Assembly: GCA_965223905.1 (NCBI GenBank)
Contig: CBDCXV010000011.1
Coordinates: 1-64,000 of the forward strand
Length of the DNA stretch: 64,000 nt
Direction: 5' to 3'
Source: Candidatus Latescibacterota bacterium
Lineage (GTDB): Bacteria; Latescibacterota; UBA2968; UBA8231
Within the stretch, counting starts at the first letter, position 1. Every line of letters begins with the position of its first letter. The position numbers and the translations under genes are program-made. Below the pieces are notes generated by a model. The model saw only the letters and a list, made by a program, of their open reading frames with translations. It was not told the DNA's origin and did not search any database. This document shows, one piece after another, positions 1 to 10,048 of the stretch.

Positions 1-1010
1 CACCTGTCTTCGACCCTGGTCATGCAAGCGCTCCAGCGTGAGCGCTTCCCCCGTCTGACTCTCGACTTCGACGGCTCGGTGATCTCCACCTGTGGTCATG
101 CCGAAGGGACCGCCGTTGGCTATAATCCGAAAAAGAAGGGGGCGCGCGCAGCTACTACAACCTGTTCTGCACGGTGGCGCAAACCGGACAGTTTCTGGAT
201 GTCCTTCACCGGCCCGGCAACGTCCATGACAGCAAGGACGCCCATGCGTTCATGATGGACGCCTTCGATCGGGTGCGCGACGCGTTGGCGCCCACCGTGC
301 TCGAGTCGCGACTGGACAGCGCCTTCTTCAGCCAAAACACGCTCACTCTCATGGACCTGTATGGCGTCGGATGCACGATCAGTGTCCCTTTCGAACGCTT
401 TCCCGTACTCAAGGACCAGATCGAAGCGCGCCAGCGCTGGCGCTACCTCGATGAGCACTGCTCCTATTTCGAGAGTGACTGGAAACCGGAAAGCTGGCCG
501 GCCTGCTACCGGTTTCTGTTTGTGCGCCGTGCGGTGCCGCGTCAGACCAAGCAAGCGCTGCAACTGGATCTGTTCGAACCCCGGCACATCGATCACGAGT
601 ACCGCGTTGTGGTTACCAACAAGATGAACTCGCCACGCAGCGTGCTCCTCTTCCACTATGGCCGCGGCGCCCAGGAAGGGATCTTCGCCGAGGCCAAGCA
701 ACAGGCCGGGCTGGATCTGATCCCCACCCGACGGTTGCTCGGCAACCAGATGGTTACTTTGGGTGCGATGATGGCCCACAATCTGGGACGCGAAATGCAG
801 ATGCTGGCGCAGCCGCGATCGAACTATTCGCGCGCCAAACGGCCGGCGGCGTGGACCTTCCAAACCTTGGACACGCTGCGTCATCGCTTCATTCAACGCG
901 CCGGGCGCCTCACTCAGCCCAAGGGCGAGTTGACCCTGACCCTGAACTCCAATCCAAAAGTCGAGAAAGATCTGTTGCATTTCCTCGAAATCCTGAAGGA
1001 AGCCGCCTGA
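1..1010 (+). pseudogene. IS1380-family DDE transposase, 5'-partial, frameshift at ~143-150
   Basis: ORF 22..255 (frame 1) joins ORF 174..1010 (frame 3) across GGGGGCGCGCGCAGC to give ...[20 protein letters not shown]...; may be a sequencing indel. Confidence 0.75.
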
Positions 1011-1050
1011 TCACAACCACCGCTTCAAACAGATTTATGCAACGTTAGGG
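1..1050 (+). mobile_element. IS1380-family insertion sequence, 3' part (left end outside window)
   Basis: Transposase motifs [47 protein letters not shown]. Element appears to end at ...TTTATGCAACGTTAGGG (1050), directly abutting a 5'-truncated gene. Confidence 0.8.
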
Positions 1051-1636
1051 TTTAATGGTCGACGGAGATCATTCCGGAGGTGAATACGACTTCCCATCTC
1101 GTCACCAGGAGTTGGAAGGACCTTTGGAGACGAACATGCAAGCCCAGTGGTACGAGGCTATTTCCCGGGCCGCTGGCGACCCGTTGGTCGACTTGCCTGG
1201 GACTACCGGTGAAGTGGAAGAAAGGTGGATGGTAGAGCCTCCCTTCTCTCACGGTGGAGGGAGCGTGCTGGGGGAGAAACCCACTTTCTGGCATATCGAA
1301 TTTTACGTCACCTGCTTTGACCGCCTGAATCACCTGAGTCCCGAGGACAGCGATGTGTCTCAGCTGACCGAGGGAAGAATCATCGGCTTCGATATCTGGG
1401 TTCTTGACTTTGACGACGACTCGGGACTGAATGCCCTGTACCATATGGACAGACCCGATGGTGCTGAGCCTGAGTGGCCCGAGTGGTTCGATGCGAGCAA
1501 TTTTGTGGATGGGTTGCTGCTCGGCCCTGGCGGCGTTTCCGGCGACTCTGCGGTGCAATCCGTCTCCTGGGGGCCGCATCAAGGCATCCCTGGAAATAGA
1601 TCTTCGCAGCCAGGATTCCCTGCCGGCAAGGACTGA
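1051..1636 (+). pseudogene. 5'-truncated paralog of the CBM9/DOMON-like secreted protein at 1723..2676
   Basis: Starts at LMVDGDHSGG, matching internal LIVDGDHTGG of the neighbour. Shares FYVTCFDRLNHLSP.DSDVSQLTE. Extra G at 1569-1573 scrambles the SWGRIKASLEIDLR tail. Confidence 0.8.
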
Positions 1637-1722
1637 GCCGCCCCCGGGGCCAGTTTTCATGTTTCGTCGTTCCATTTTTTATTCATCCAGCCGGTTCAGA
1701 CTCGCATTGTCTTGATGAGATC

Positions 1723-2676
1723 ATGACCTGCGGCTCTTCCCTTTTTCCCTTTCTCCTGATGCTGGCAGTGATGTCGGCAGATTTGGCTCCCCTTGCCGCG
1801 CACGTCGGAGACCGCCTGTATCCGATCACCTATCTCTCGGAGGAGACCCTGGCTGTTCTGGACCAGGACGACGCCGTTGTTGAGGACTGGGTGGAGACGG
1901 TCGGCGAACCGGTGCTGACCCCCCTGGATTTCGACCTGGCGCCTGATGGCTCCTACGACCGGTTCGACCCCTCCAACCTCGATTTCCGCATCTGGCTGGG
2001 GTGGAGTCGGGAGGGAAGAATCCATGTCGCCGCCCAGTTTGCCGACGACGTGTACTTCAACGAATACGGCTTCGGCCCCAGTGACCTCCTTACCCTGATT
2101 GTCGACGGAGACCACACCGGGGGGCTGTACTTGCCGTTTTCCCTTTCACGCCCTCCTGAAGAGGCAGAAGATCCCCTGGAGAACAACATGCAGGCCCAGG
2201 CTTACCAGGCTGTCTCCCGGGCGGCTGGCGATCCCATGGTTGACATGGTTACAACTACGTTATTCGTGGACGAAAGGTGGATGGTGGAGCCCCCTTTCGC
2301 CCGGGGTGGAGGGGGAGTGTTCGGCGAGAACCCCGCCTACTGGTCGGTCGAATTTTTCGTCACCTGCTTTGACCGCCTGAACCACCTGAGCCCCGGGGAC
2401 AGCGACGTGTCTCAGCTGACCGAGGAAAGGATCATCGGCCTGGATATCTGGGTATTCGATGTCGACGACGACTCGGGACTAGGGGCCCAGTACAATCTGG
2501 GCAGGCCCGACGGCTCCGAGCCGCACGATGGGCATGATGCGAGCACTTTACTGGATGGGCTGCTGCTCGGCCCCGACGGCGTTTCCGGCGACGCAGCGGT
2601 GGAATCCGTCTCCTGGGGCCGTATCAAGGCATCTCTGGAAATAGATCTTCGCAGGGAAAGTCCCCACAAGGACTGA
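1723..2676 (+). CDS. Secreted CBM9/DOMON-like protein with C-terminal SWGRIKA motif
   Basis: Hydrophobic N-terminal signal (FPFLLMLAVMSA); acidic beta-rich body (FRIWLGWS, WSVEFFV, IIGLDIWVFDVD); ends AAVESVSWGRIKASLEIDLRRESPHKD. Confidence 0.7.
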   Translation: MTCGSSLFPFLLMLAVMSADLAPLAAHVGDRLYPITYLSEETLAVLDQDDAVVEDWVETVGEPVLTPLDFDLAPDGSYDRFDPSNLDFRIWLGWSREGRIHVAAQFADDVYFNEYGFGPSDLLTLIVDGDHTGGLYLPFSLSRPPEEAEDPLENNMQAQAYQAVSRAAGDPMVDMVTTTLFVDERWMVEPPFARGGGGVFGENPAYWSVEFFVTCFDRLNHLSPGDSDVSQLTEERIIGLDIWVFDVDDDSGLGAQYNLGRPDGSEPHDGHDASTLLDGLLLGPDGVSGDAAVESVSWGRIKASLEIDLRRESPHKD

Positions 2677-2971
2677 GCGGTCCCGCAGTGTCAGAGCTCT
2701 CAGCTCCTTCCGGAGAGTGCATAAAGTAAAGCTTGAAAGTATACCTGCAGTAAAGTTTTCAAGTATACTTCCCAGCCATCCTGGCCCAGGATCAACCAAA
2801 CCTCCGTCCCCCCGGAAGAACGCACCTGCATTCATCTTTCGGTACCGGCGACCGTCGAGCTCCGCACCATCAACCAGGGTCGGTCGACACCGATGAGAAA
2901 CTGCTGAACTTCCACTTACCCCTGCTCTGCATGCACCGCGCGGGATCTGATGCGACCGATTCTGCAGGCAC

Positions 2972-4435
2972 CTAGGCTTCGAGGCTGGAGTAGCGGCAGG
3001 GCCTGAGCTGCCAGGAGTCGAGCGACCGCAGGCTCGCCCTCCCTCCCCGGGCGAAGAAGCGGGTTCCGATGCTGTCCTCCCGCTGCGGGTAGATCCGCTT
3101 GGTCAGCAGCACGCGGTCCCCGGCGAAGACCTCGACCACCGAGCGGTCGAGGAAGATCCGCAGCAGCAGCGGCTGGTCGGGGTCGTGATCGAGGCCGGCG
3201 ATCTGCGGGTCGCGGCCGACGAACTCCGGATCGGCGCTGGAACGGGACACGTCCAGCCGTATCCGCGACGAGCCGCGGTCCCACGTCACCACCGTCTCCT
3301 CCTGGCCGTCGAGATCGCAGCGAAGCTTGAGGCCGACCTGCTCGGCGCTGCCGGGATCGATCTCCGCCCTCAGCTCGATGGTGTCCCCGGCGATCCCGGG
3401 GAGGATCTGCTCGCCGTCGTCGGCGAAGGCTCCCTCCAGGCTGCGGTACATCCCCCGCAACCCCTCCAGCTCCCGCACCGGCGCCACGCGCACCGTGCCG
3501 TCCGGCCCCGGCCGCACCTCCCATGGCAGCGACATGATGCCGGCCCAGCCGGCCCTCGCCATCGCCTCGGGAGTGCGGCCCTCGGCGATCCAGGTGATGA
3601 CGATGCGGCGCCCGTCCGGGGCCAGCCAGGAGCTGGGGGCGATCGAGTCGCCGCAGACGTGCATGGCCGGCCCCGGGTCCCAGCTGGTGTAGTTGAAGCG
3701 GCCGTGCACCCGGCGCTCGAAGCGGCCGTCGGCGTAGGGGCCGAGGTAGTACTGGGCGCCGCGGTTGTGGCTGGCGAACAGCAGCATGTGCTCGTCGCCG
3801 AACGGGAAGAAGCTCGGCACGGCGAGGTCGCTCTCCCCGCCCGGCTCGTAGAGCAGGCCGGCGTACTCCCAGTCGACGGCGTCGCGGGAGCGGAAGAGGA
3901 AGCCGGCGTCACGCGAGGTGCCGATGGCGCGCGGCTTGCCCATCTGGGAGCCGCTGGCCATGTAGAACCACTCCCCGTCCCGCCAGGCGCAGGGGTCGTG
4001 GAGCCGCCACTCCACCGGCTCTTCGGGCAGCTCGATCACGGGATTGCGCGGGTGCTTGCGCCAGGTGCGGTACCCGTCGTCGCTGGTGGCGATGCAGATG
4101 CCGCCCGGATTGCCCCAGTAGATCAGGGTGTGGGAGCCGTCGCGCTCGAAGGCGCCGCCGCTCCAGCAGCCGACGCGGTCGGGGCCCCCCTCCTCGCGCT
4201 CGAGCGCCACCGGGTAGTCGACCCAGTGAATGAAGTCCTCGGTCGCCGCATGGCACCAGGTGCCCCAGCCGCCCGGCCCCTCGGGGGAAGGGGCGTCACG
4301 GTACTGGTAGAAGAGGTGGAACAGCCCGCCGTCCTGGAAGGTGCCGGTCGGATCGTTGGTCCAGTTCTTCGGCGGGACGAAATGGTAGACCGGCCGGTGG
4401 CGGTCGTCGGCGAACTGCTCGCGGATGCTGGGCAC
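2972..4435 (-). CDS. Glycoside hydrolase family 32-like protein (beta-propeller plus beta-sandwich)
   Basis: RPVYHF, WTNDPTG, FHLFYQY, CWSGGA, RLHDP, LRIFLDRSVVEVFA, TKRIYP. Confidence 0.9.
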   Translation of the reverse strand: MPSIREQFADDRHRPVYHFVPPKNWTNDPTGTFQDGGLFHLFYQYRDAPSPEGPGGWGTWCHAATEDFIHWVDYPVALEREEGGPDRVGCWSGGAFERDGSHTLIYWGNPGGICIATSDDGYRTWRKHPRNPVIELPEEPVEWRLHDPCAWRDGEWFYMASGSQMGKPRAIGTSRDAGFLFRSRDAVDWEYAGLLYEPGGESDLAVPSFFPFGDEHMLLFASHNRGAQYYLGPYADGRFERRVHGRFNYTSWDPGPAMHVCGDSIAPSSWLAPDGRRIVITWIAEGRTPEAMARAGWAGIMSLPWEVRPGPDGTVRVAPVRELEGLRGMYRSLEGAFADDGEQILPGIAGDTIELRAEIDPGSAEQVGLKLRCDLDGQEETVVTWDRGSSRIRLDVSRSSADPEFVGRDPQIAGLDHDPDQPLLLRIFLDRSVVEVFAGDRVLLTKRIYPQREDSIGTRFFARGGRASLRSLDSWQLRPCRYSSLEA

Positions 4436-4704
4436 GGTTTCTTCCCCTTTCTACGGCTCTCGTCGAGGTGGCAAGGCGGCCAATAGTGGGCAGGGTGGCG
4501 GGCAGCGACAAGCAGCCGAGGTTGCCTGAATCGGACTCTGTGGCACAAGGGACTACCGGAACTGTCAGGCCTTCAGGTCCCTCCGGGCGGCTTCCGCAGT
4601 CGGATGGCTTCTCCTCAGTGACTTTCCGCGCCCGAGCCGTTTCCTTATTCGCCCCGGCACACAAGGAACGTCAGGAATTACCAGCGTCGAAAGGAGCTTG
4701 GGAG

Positions 4705-5521
4705 ATGCTCACCCAGGAACAGCACCGGCACTTCGAAGCCTTCGGTTTCATCGTTCTGCGGCAGTTCTTCTCGCCGCCGGAGATGGAGACGGCAAGCGGC
4801 GAGTTCGAGACCGCCCTCAACGCCCTGTACGCGGCCGACCCGTTCGACGGCAGCAAGCGGCACTCGGCCATGCTGACGGGGGAGGAGACCCCCTTCTTCG
4901 CCGGCCTTCCCGAGAACCCCAGGCTCTACGGGATCGCCGAGGAGCTCTACGGGGACTGCTTCCCGATCACCAGCGACGCCAACCGCTACGTCGGGGACTC
5001 GCGCTGGCACCCGGACCACTACATCGACGTCGAGAAGGACTGCTACGGCATCAAGTTCGCCTACTACCTCGATCCGGTCGGGCCCGAGTCGGGAGCCCTG
5101 CGGGTGATCCCCGGTTCCCACCGCAACCCGTTCTGGACCGCGGTCGACAAGGCGAACACCCGCGAAGGCGGAGATCCGCGACGTGCCCAGCCACGTCTGC
5201 GCGTCGCAGCCGGGGGACCTGGTCGGGTTCGACGTGCGCCTGTGGCACGCCAGCTGCGGCGGCGCCGCGGGCCGGCGCATGTGCACGGTCGTCTACTACA
5301 AGAGTCCGCAAACCCCGGAAGAGGAGAAGGGGATGCGCTGGCGCGCCGGGCACTGCGTCGAGGCCCTCGCCCCGAAGCCGTTCGTCAACCCCCACTGGGC
5401 GGCGAATCCCGGCAACAGCGGGAAGCGCGCCGGCTGGCTCGAGCAGCTCGAGCGCTGGGGTTTCATGGCCGCGCCGGGGGCCGGGCGGGAACGGGAGGAG
5501 ATCGCCTTCCGCGCCAACTGA
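4705..5521 (+). pseudogene. PhyH-family Fe(II)/2-oxoglutarate dioxygenase, frameshift at ~5150-5175
   Basis: MLTQEQHRHFEAFGFIVL, WHPDH, GALRVIPGSH in one frame; PGDLVGFDVRLWHAS...RRMC in the next frame (ORF 5183..5521). RBS AAGGAG upstream. Confidence 0.8.
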
Positions 5522-5535
5522 CCGCCGCGGCCGCT

Positions 5536-6351
5536 TCAGTCCGGAACCCGCCCTGAAGAGACCGACACGGTCCCCGCTTTGCGGCGGCGCTCGTCGCGGG
5601 CGGTCCTGCGGGTCCGCTGCCAGTAGAAGTCGCGGGGGGTCTCCCGCTTCCTGTACGGGGCCGTCCAGGTGTGGATGTATGCCCGCCGCGTCTCGCCGGT
5701 CCGGTTGGGGCCGGTGAAATGCAGGGTGCGGCAGTGGTGGATAGTCGCCCCGCCGGCCGGGACCGGGCAGGGCATCGCCGCCGAGGGGTCGACCTCGTCC
5801 ACCTCGAGGCCGTGGATCCTCGGGTCGCGGCCGATGGTGTGGTGGGGGAGCACCTCCTGCCCGTGGCTGCCGGGGATGAACTGCATGCAGCCGTTTTCCA
5901 CCGTCGTGTCCTGCAGGGCGAGCCAGACGCTGAGACTGTCGTACTCCAGCTCCTCCTTCCAGTACGCCTCGTCCTGGTGCCACGGGGCGGCGCCGCCGAT
6001 CCCGGGAGGCTTGACGATGGCGTGCTCTCCCTGGAACCGGGCATCCTCCCCGAGCAGGCCCCTGCCGACGGCCGCGGCATTGGCGCGGAACCGGGTGTCC
6101 CGGAGCCCGGCGTCGTAGTTGACGGGGTTGACGATCTGGGGCAGGCGGGCGGGCCGGTCCTCCTCGTCGGTGCCGGCCAGATCGTACTGGTTCCCTTCCT
6201 GTCTGCCGGCTTGGGCCGCGAACAGCCGATCGCAGATGGCGCGCAGCTCCGCCACCTCCTGCGGCGTGGTGATCGCCTCGATCACGAGGTAGCCGTGCTC
6301 GCGGAAGAACGCCACCTGGTCTTGGCTGACTGCGATCGTCGCCGCGATCAT
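5536..6351 (-). CDS. PhyH-family dioxygenase
   Basis: FFREHGYLV, PWHQDEAY, NGCMQFIPGSH, TLHFTGPNRT. Start overlaps upstream stop (ATGA). Confidence 0.9.
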   Translation of the reverse strand: MIAATIAVSQDQVAFFREHGYLVIEAITTPQEVAELRAICDRLFAAQAGRQEGNQYDLAGTDEEDRPARLPQIVNPVNYDAGLRDTRFRANAAAVGRGLLGEDARFQGEHAIVKPPGIGGAAPWHQDEAYWKEELEYDSLSVWLALQDTTVENGCMQFIPGSHGQEVLPHHTIGRDPRIHGLEVDEVDPSAAMPCPVPAGGATIHHCRTLHFTGPNRTGETRRAYIHTWTAPYRKRETPRDFYWQRTRRTARDERRRKAGTVSVSSGRVPD

Positions 6352-7631
6352 GGCTGTTTCCTTTTGGCCAGGGCGGTTTCGATGTCGGGCAGGGGCGCCG
6401 GCGGATGCTTCTCGCGGGCGCGGGTGCGGGCCTCGACGCCGCCCGCGGCCAGCGCGGCCAGCTCCTGCTGCGAGCCGGGGTACCAGGCCTTGAGCCGGCG
6501 ACGGGCGATGTGGACGTGCAGCACCTCGTCGGCCCAGTCGAAGTCCTGCAGCGTCGTCATCAGCGGATGGCGCGCCCGGTCGCGGCAGAACTCGTACTCG
6601 AAGCGCTTCCCGGGGGGATACTTCATGAGGCCGGACTCGACGTCGCAGAGCATGGCGTACAGGGGCAGCGGCTCGAGCTGGTAGAGGTACTCCGTCTCCC
6701 ACTCCCGCAGCGGCAGGGCGGCGCGGTCCCCGAGCAGGTCCTCGATGGCCGCCTCGCCGAACAGGGAATGGCGCATCTCGTCCCACATGTGGCGGGAGAC
6801 GTCGACGTAGAACTGCCAGGGCTGCTCCCCGGTCTCGCAGAGCACGAACGAGAGGGCCTCGGCTATGGTGAGCTCTCCGAGGCGGGTGCAGATCATCTGG
6901 GCGAGGCGCGGGGGAACCTCCTCCTCGCCGACGTGCTCGATGTCCCACACCTTCGGGAAGGTGTCGTCCCAGACCTTGCGCCGGGGTACCCGGTAGGGCG
7001 ACCGGCCGCGGCAGGTACGCAGCGCATCGGGCCGCTTCTTGCCGCTGCCGTCGATGCCTCCGGCCGCCTCGAGGAGTTGCCCGAGATGGGCGGACCACTC
7101 ATCGGCCTGGCTCCGCGCCCGGGCCGACGACTCGACGGCGTCGCCGTACGCCGCTCGCAGCAGGGCGAGCCCCTCCTCCTCCTCGGCGACGATCTCCCGC
7201 AGGGCCCTAAGGCTGCCGTAGTCGGCGAGCCCGTTGGTTTCCCGCTCGTAGCGGCGGTATGCCTCGACCATGGCCGGCTTGATGACCAGGGCCAGGGCGG
7301 CCAGCAGCTCCGCGGTCCCGCGCGAGTGCATCGCCTCGTCGAAGAGGATCTCCAGGTCGGGGTCCGGCTCCTCGAAGGCACGCCGCCGGGAAACCCGCAG
7401 CTCGGTGAGCCTGTGGCGGAGGCGGTCGGCGTGCTGGCCGTCCTCGTACTGCGAGCGGGACAGCAGGGCCTTCACGTCCCGTTGAGGGGTGCTGATGATG
7501 TGGGCGGCCTCGAGGAACATCAGGCGGGACTCGGCATACGCGAGGCAATGCAGGCGGGCGCTGCAGACCTCGACCGGCAGCCCGGGGGACCGGGGGTTTC
7601 TCAGTCCGGCGTACTGGTATTCGATACCCAT
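6348..7631 (-). CDS. Tandem ferritin-like (ExxH) diiron protein, DUF455-like
   Basis: Helical protein with EDGQH, WDEMRH and WADEVLH carboxylate/His motifs. Confidence 0.65.
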   Translation of the reverse strand: MGIEYQYAGLRNPRSPGLPVEVCSARLHCLAYAESRLMFLEAAHIISTPQRDVKALLSRSQYEDGQHADRLRHRLTELRVSRRRAFEEPDPDLEILFDEAMHSRGTAELLAALALVIKPAMVEAYRRYERETNGLADYGSLRALREIVAEEEEGLALLRAAYGDAVESSARARSQADEWSAHLGQLLEAAGGIDGSGKKRPDALRTCRGRSPYRVPRRKVWDDTFPKVWDIEHVGEEEVPPRLAQMICTRLGELTIAEALSFVLCETGEQPWQFYVDVSRHMWDEMRHSLFGEAAIEDLLGDRAALPLREWETEYLYQLEPLPLYAMLCDVESGLMKYPPGKRFEYEFCRDRARHPLMTTLQDFDWADEVLHVHIARRRLKAWYPGSQQELAALAAGGVEARTRAREKHPPAPLPDIETALAKRKQP

Positions 7632-7642
7632 CTCTTCTCCTG

Positions 7643-8566
7643 TCAGGCCCGGTTCGCCGCGATGAACTCCTCGAGCTCGGCGCGGGTCGGGAGGCCGTCG
7701 ACGACCCCGAGCCGGGTGGCGCAGAAGGCCCCGGCGCAGTTGGCCCGCGCCACCGCCTCGGGCAGCGGCAGCCCCTCTCCCAAGCCGGTGGCCAGGGCGG
7801 CGTTGAAGCTGTCGCCGGCCCCGGTGGCGTCGACGGCGTCGATCCGCGGCGCCGGGATTTCGACGATCCCCTCGGCCGTCGCGATCAGGGAGCCTCGCTC
7901 ACCCAGGGTGACGACGATGCGCTCGACCCCGAGATCGAGGAGCCGGCGCGCCAGCTCTTCGGTCGGCGTGGGATCGTCCGGGGCCAGCCCCTGCAGGATG
8001 CGGGTCTCGGTCTCGTTCGGGGTCAAGAGGTCGACGTCGGCGAGCTGCCGCGGCTCGACCGCCCGTGCCGGCGCCGGGTTGAGCAGGGTCAGGGCCCCGT
8101 GCCTGCGGCCCAGCTCCATGGCCCGCTCGACCGCCTCGGGGGGCACCTCGAACTGGGTCATGACGATGTCGCTGCCGGCGATCAGGTTAGCGGCCGCCTC
8201 GACGTGTCCGGGGCGCATTTCCATGTTGGCCCCGAGATGTCCGACGATGGCGTTCTCCCCGGAGGGCAGGACGGTCACCATGCCGACCGCGGTGTTGACC
8301 CCCGGGATGCGGTGGATGTGCTCGCGGGAGATCCCCTCCGCCTCGAACAGCTCGTCGGCGACCGGGGCGAACAGGTCGTCCCCGGTGCAGGCGATGAGGC
8401 TGACGCCGGCGCCGAGGCGGGCGGCCCCGACCGCCTGGTTGGTCCCCTTGCCGCCGGGCCCCAGGTCGAAGAGATCGCCGATCAGCCCTTCCCCGGGCAC
8501 CGGCATGCGCGGCACTCTCACGGTGATGCCGACGACGAAGCTGCCGAGAACGGTGATCGCTACCAC
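7643..8566 (-). CDS. rbsK: Ribokinase (PfkB family)
   Basis: GPGGKGTNQAVGAARLG, LNPAPA, TPNETE, DATGAGDSF. GTG start after AGGAGG, overlapping the upstream stop. Confidence 0.85.
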   Translation of the reverse strand: MVAITVLGSFVVGITVRVPRMPVPGEGLIGDLFDLGPGGKGTNQAVGAARLGAGVSLIACTGDDLFAPVADELFEAEGISREHIHRIPGVNTAVGMVTVLPSGENAIVGHLGANMEMRPGHVEAAANLIAGSDIVMTQFEVPPEAVERAMELGRRHGALTLLNPAPARAVEPRQLADVDLLTPNETETRILQGLAPDDPTPTEELARRLLDLGVERIVVTLGERGSLIATAEGIVEIPAPRIDAVDATGAGDSFNAALATGLGEGLPLPEAVARANCAGAFCATRLGVVDGLPTRAELEEFIAANRA

Positions 8567-9393
8567 GCGCTCCCCTCCTGCTGCCAGCAGCCCTCGGTGT
8601 ACGGCTCGCGCGCGAACAGGCGCCGCCGGTGCGGGTTCGCCCGGGCCATCCACTCTTCGGGGATCTCCTGTGTGAAGCGGTGGGGCGGCCCGGCCTGCTT
8701 GAAGATGTCGATCAGGAAAATGCGGTAAGGCTGCGGCGATGCGGGCGGCTTGGGATCGACCCCGTGGAACATGCGGGCGTTGATGTACACGAAGCTTCCC
8801 GGGGGCAGCTCGAGCTGCACGAGCTCCAGCCTGCGGCCGGCTTCCCGGTCGAGCTCACCGGAGAGCAGGCGCTCGGGGGTTACCTCCGGCGTGGGGTCGA
8901 TGCGGTGGCTCCCCGGGACGACGCAGAGGCTGCGGTCGCCGCGCGCGAAGCCGATGGGGTAGTAGAGCACCTGGATGTAGTAGCGGCCGCGTTCGGCGAG
9001 GTTGACCGGGTTGTCGTGCTTCCAGTGGTGGTGGTCCTGGTGGAGCTCCTGCCACGCCGCCCCGGGCAGGGCGAGGTTCATCGCCGAGTGGCAGAAGTGG
9101 TAGTCCGGGCCGACGGTTCTCTCGAGCAGGGCGGTGATCAGGGGGGCGTCGATCAGGGCGTCCGAGAATGGCCCGCGGTCGTTCCAGGGGCGCTCGAAAT
9201 AGCGGGTCGGGTCGGCGAGCCGGCCGCGACCGGCGCCGGAAAGGAATTCCCTCACCGGATTGCGGGCGAGGACCTCGTCGATGAGGGCGTCGCGAAACTC
9301 GTCCCTCATCGCGTCCTCGAAGGAGATGAATCCCTCTTCGTCGAAACGGGCCAGGTGATCGGCGGAAGGGGCGTCGATGCGGAACGGGTTCAT
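8560..9393 (-). CDS. PhyH-family dioxygenase
   Basis: FDEEGFI, LHQDHH, LCVVPGSH, PGSFVYINARMFHG. Confidence 0.85.
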   Translation of the reverse strand: MNPFRIDAPSADHLARFDEEGFISFEDAMRDEFRDALIDEVLARNPVREFLSGAGRGRLADPTRYFERPWNDRGPFSDALIDAPLITALLERTVGPDYHFCHSAMNLALPGAAWQELHQDHHHWKHDNPVNLAERGRYYIQVLYYPIGFARGDRSLCVVPGSHRIDPTPEVTPERLLSGELDREAGRRLELVQLELPPGSFVYINARMFHGVDPKPPASPQPYRIFLIDIFKQAGPPHRFTQEIPEEWMARANPHRRRLFAREPYTEGCWQQEGSAW

Positions 9394-9529
9394 CGCCGGG
9401 ATGGGCCTGCGGCGGCAGGCCGCGATATGGACCGCATCGCTCGCACAGGTCTGCATATGCGCTTTTATTGTAACGGATTTACGACCATCGAGCCGCGATG
9501 ATTTCGCGCACTTGACAAAGGAGGATTTC

Positions 9530-10048
9530 ATGAGACTACGGCTTGCGAACCGTCGCCGCCATACCTGGATGCTGATCGGCATTATGCCCCTGTTCCTGGC
9601 GTGCGGCGACGACGAGGAAACCGGTCCGACGGAGCCGGAGAACGGTACCGTTGACCCCGAGGCTGCTCAGGCGCAGGCAACGGACCTGTACGTCAAGCTC
9701 CAGCCCGTAGTGCAGGAGGCGTTTCTGAAACTCGCCCTGGGGGGCGGCACCATCGAAGGGGAGGAGGGAGGAACCATTATTGTCGCGGACAACAAGATCA
9801 CGCTGAAGGAGTTTTCGCAGGACGGACAGCTTGTCCTCGACGGCGAGTTGACCTTCGACGGCGAGGCTGAGCCGCCAACCCTGAAGGGGGACATGGTGGG
9901 AAGCGGCGAAGCTTATGAAACTCCGGTGAACATCACCGTCGACATGACTGTCGACTTGACGGCGGACCCTCCATATGGAGGCACGGTGACGGTGGGCGGG
10001 GTGGAGTACGACGTCGAGGAGCTTGTGGCGGCCGCGGAGGAGTCCTGA
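9530..10048 (+). CDS. Acidic lipoprotein of unknown function
   Basis: RBS AAGGAGG; basic N-terminus, hydrophobic core and lipobox FLA-C, followed by GDDEETGPTEP. Confidence 0.75.
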   Translation: MRLRLANRRRHTWMLIGIMPLFLACGDDEETGPTEPENGTVDPEAAQAQATDLYVKLQPVVQEAFLKLALGGGTIEGEEGGTIIVADNKITLKEFSQDGQLVLDGELTFDGEAEPPTLKGDMVGSGEAYETPVNITVDMTVDLTADPPYGGTVTVGGVEYDVEELVAAAEES

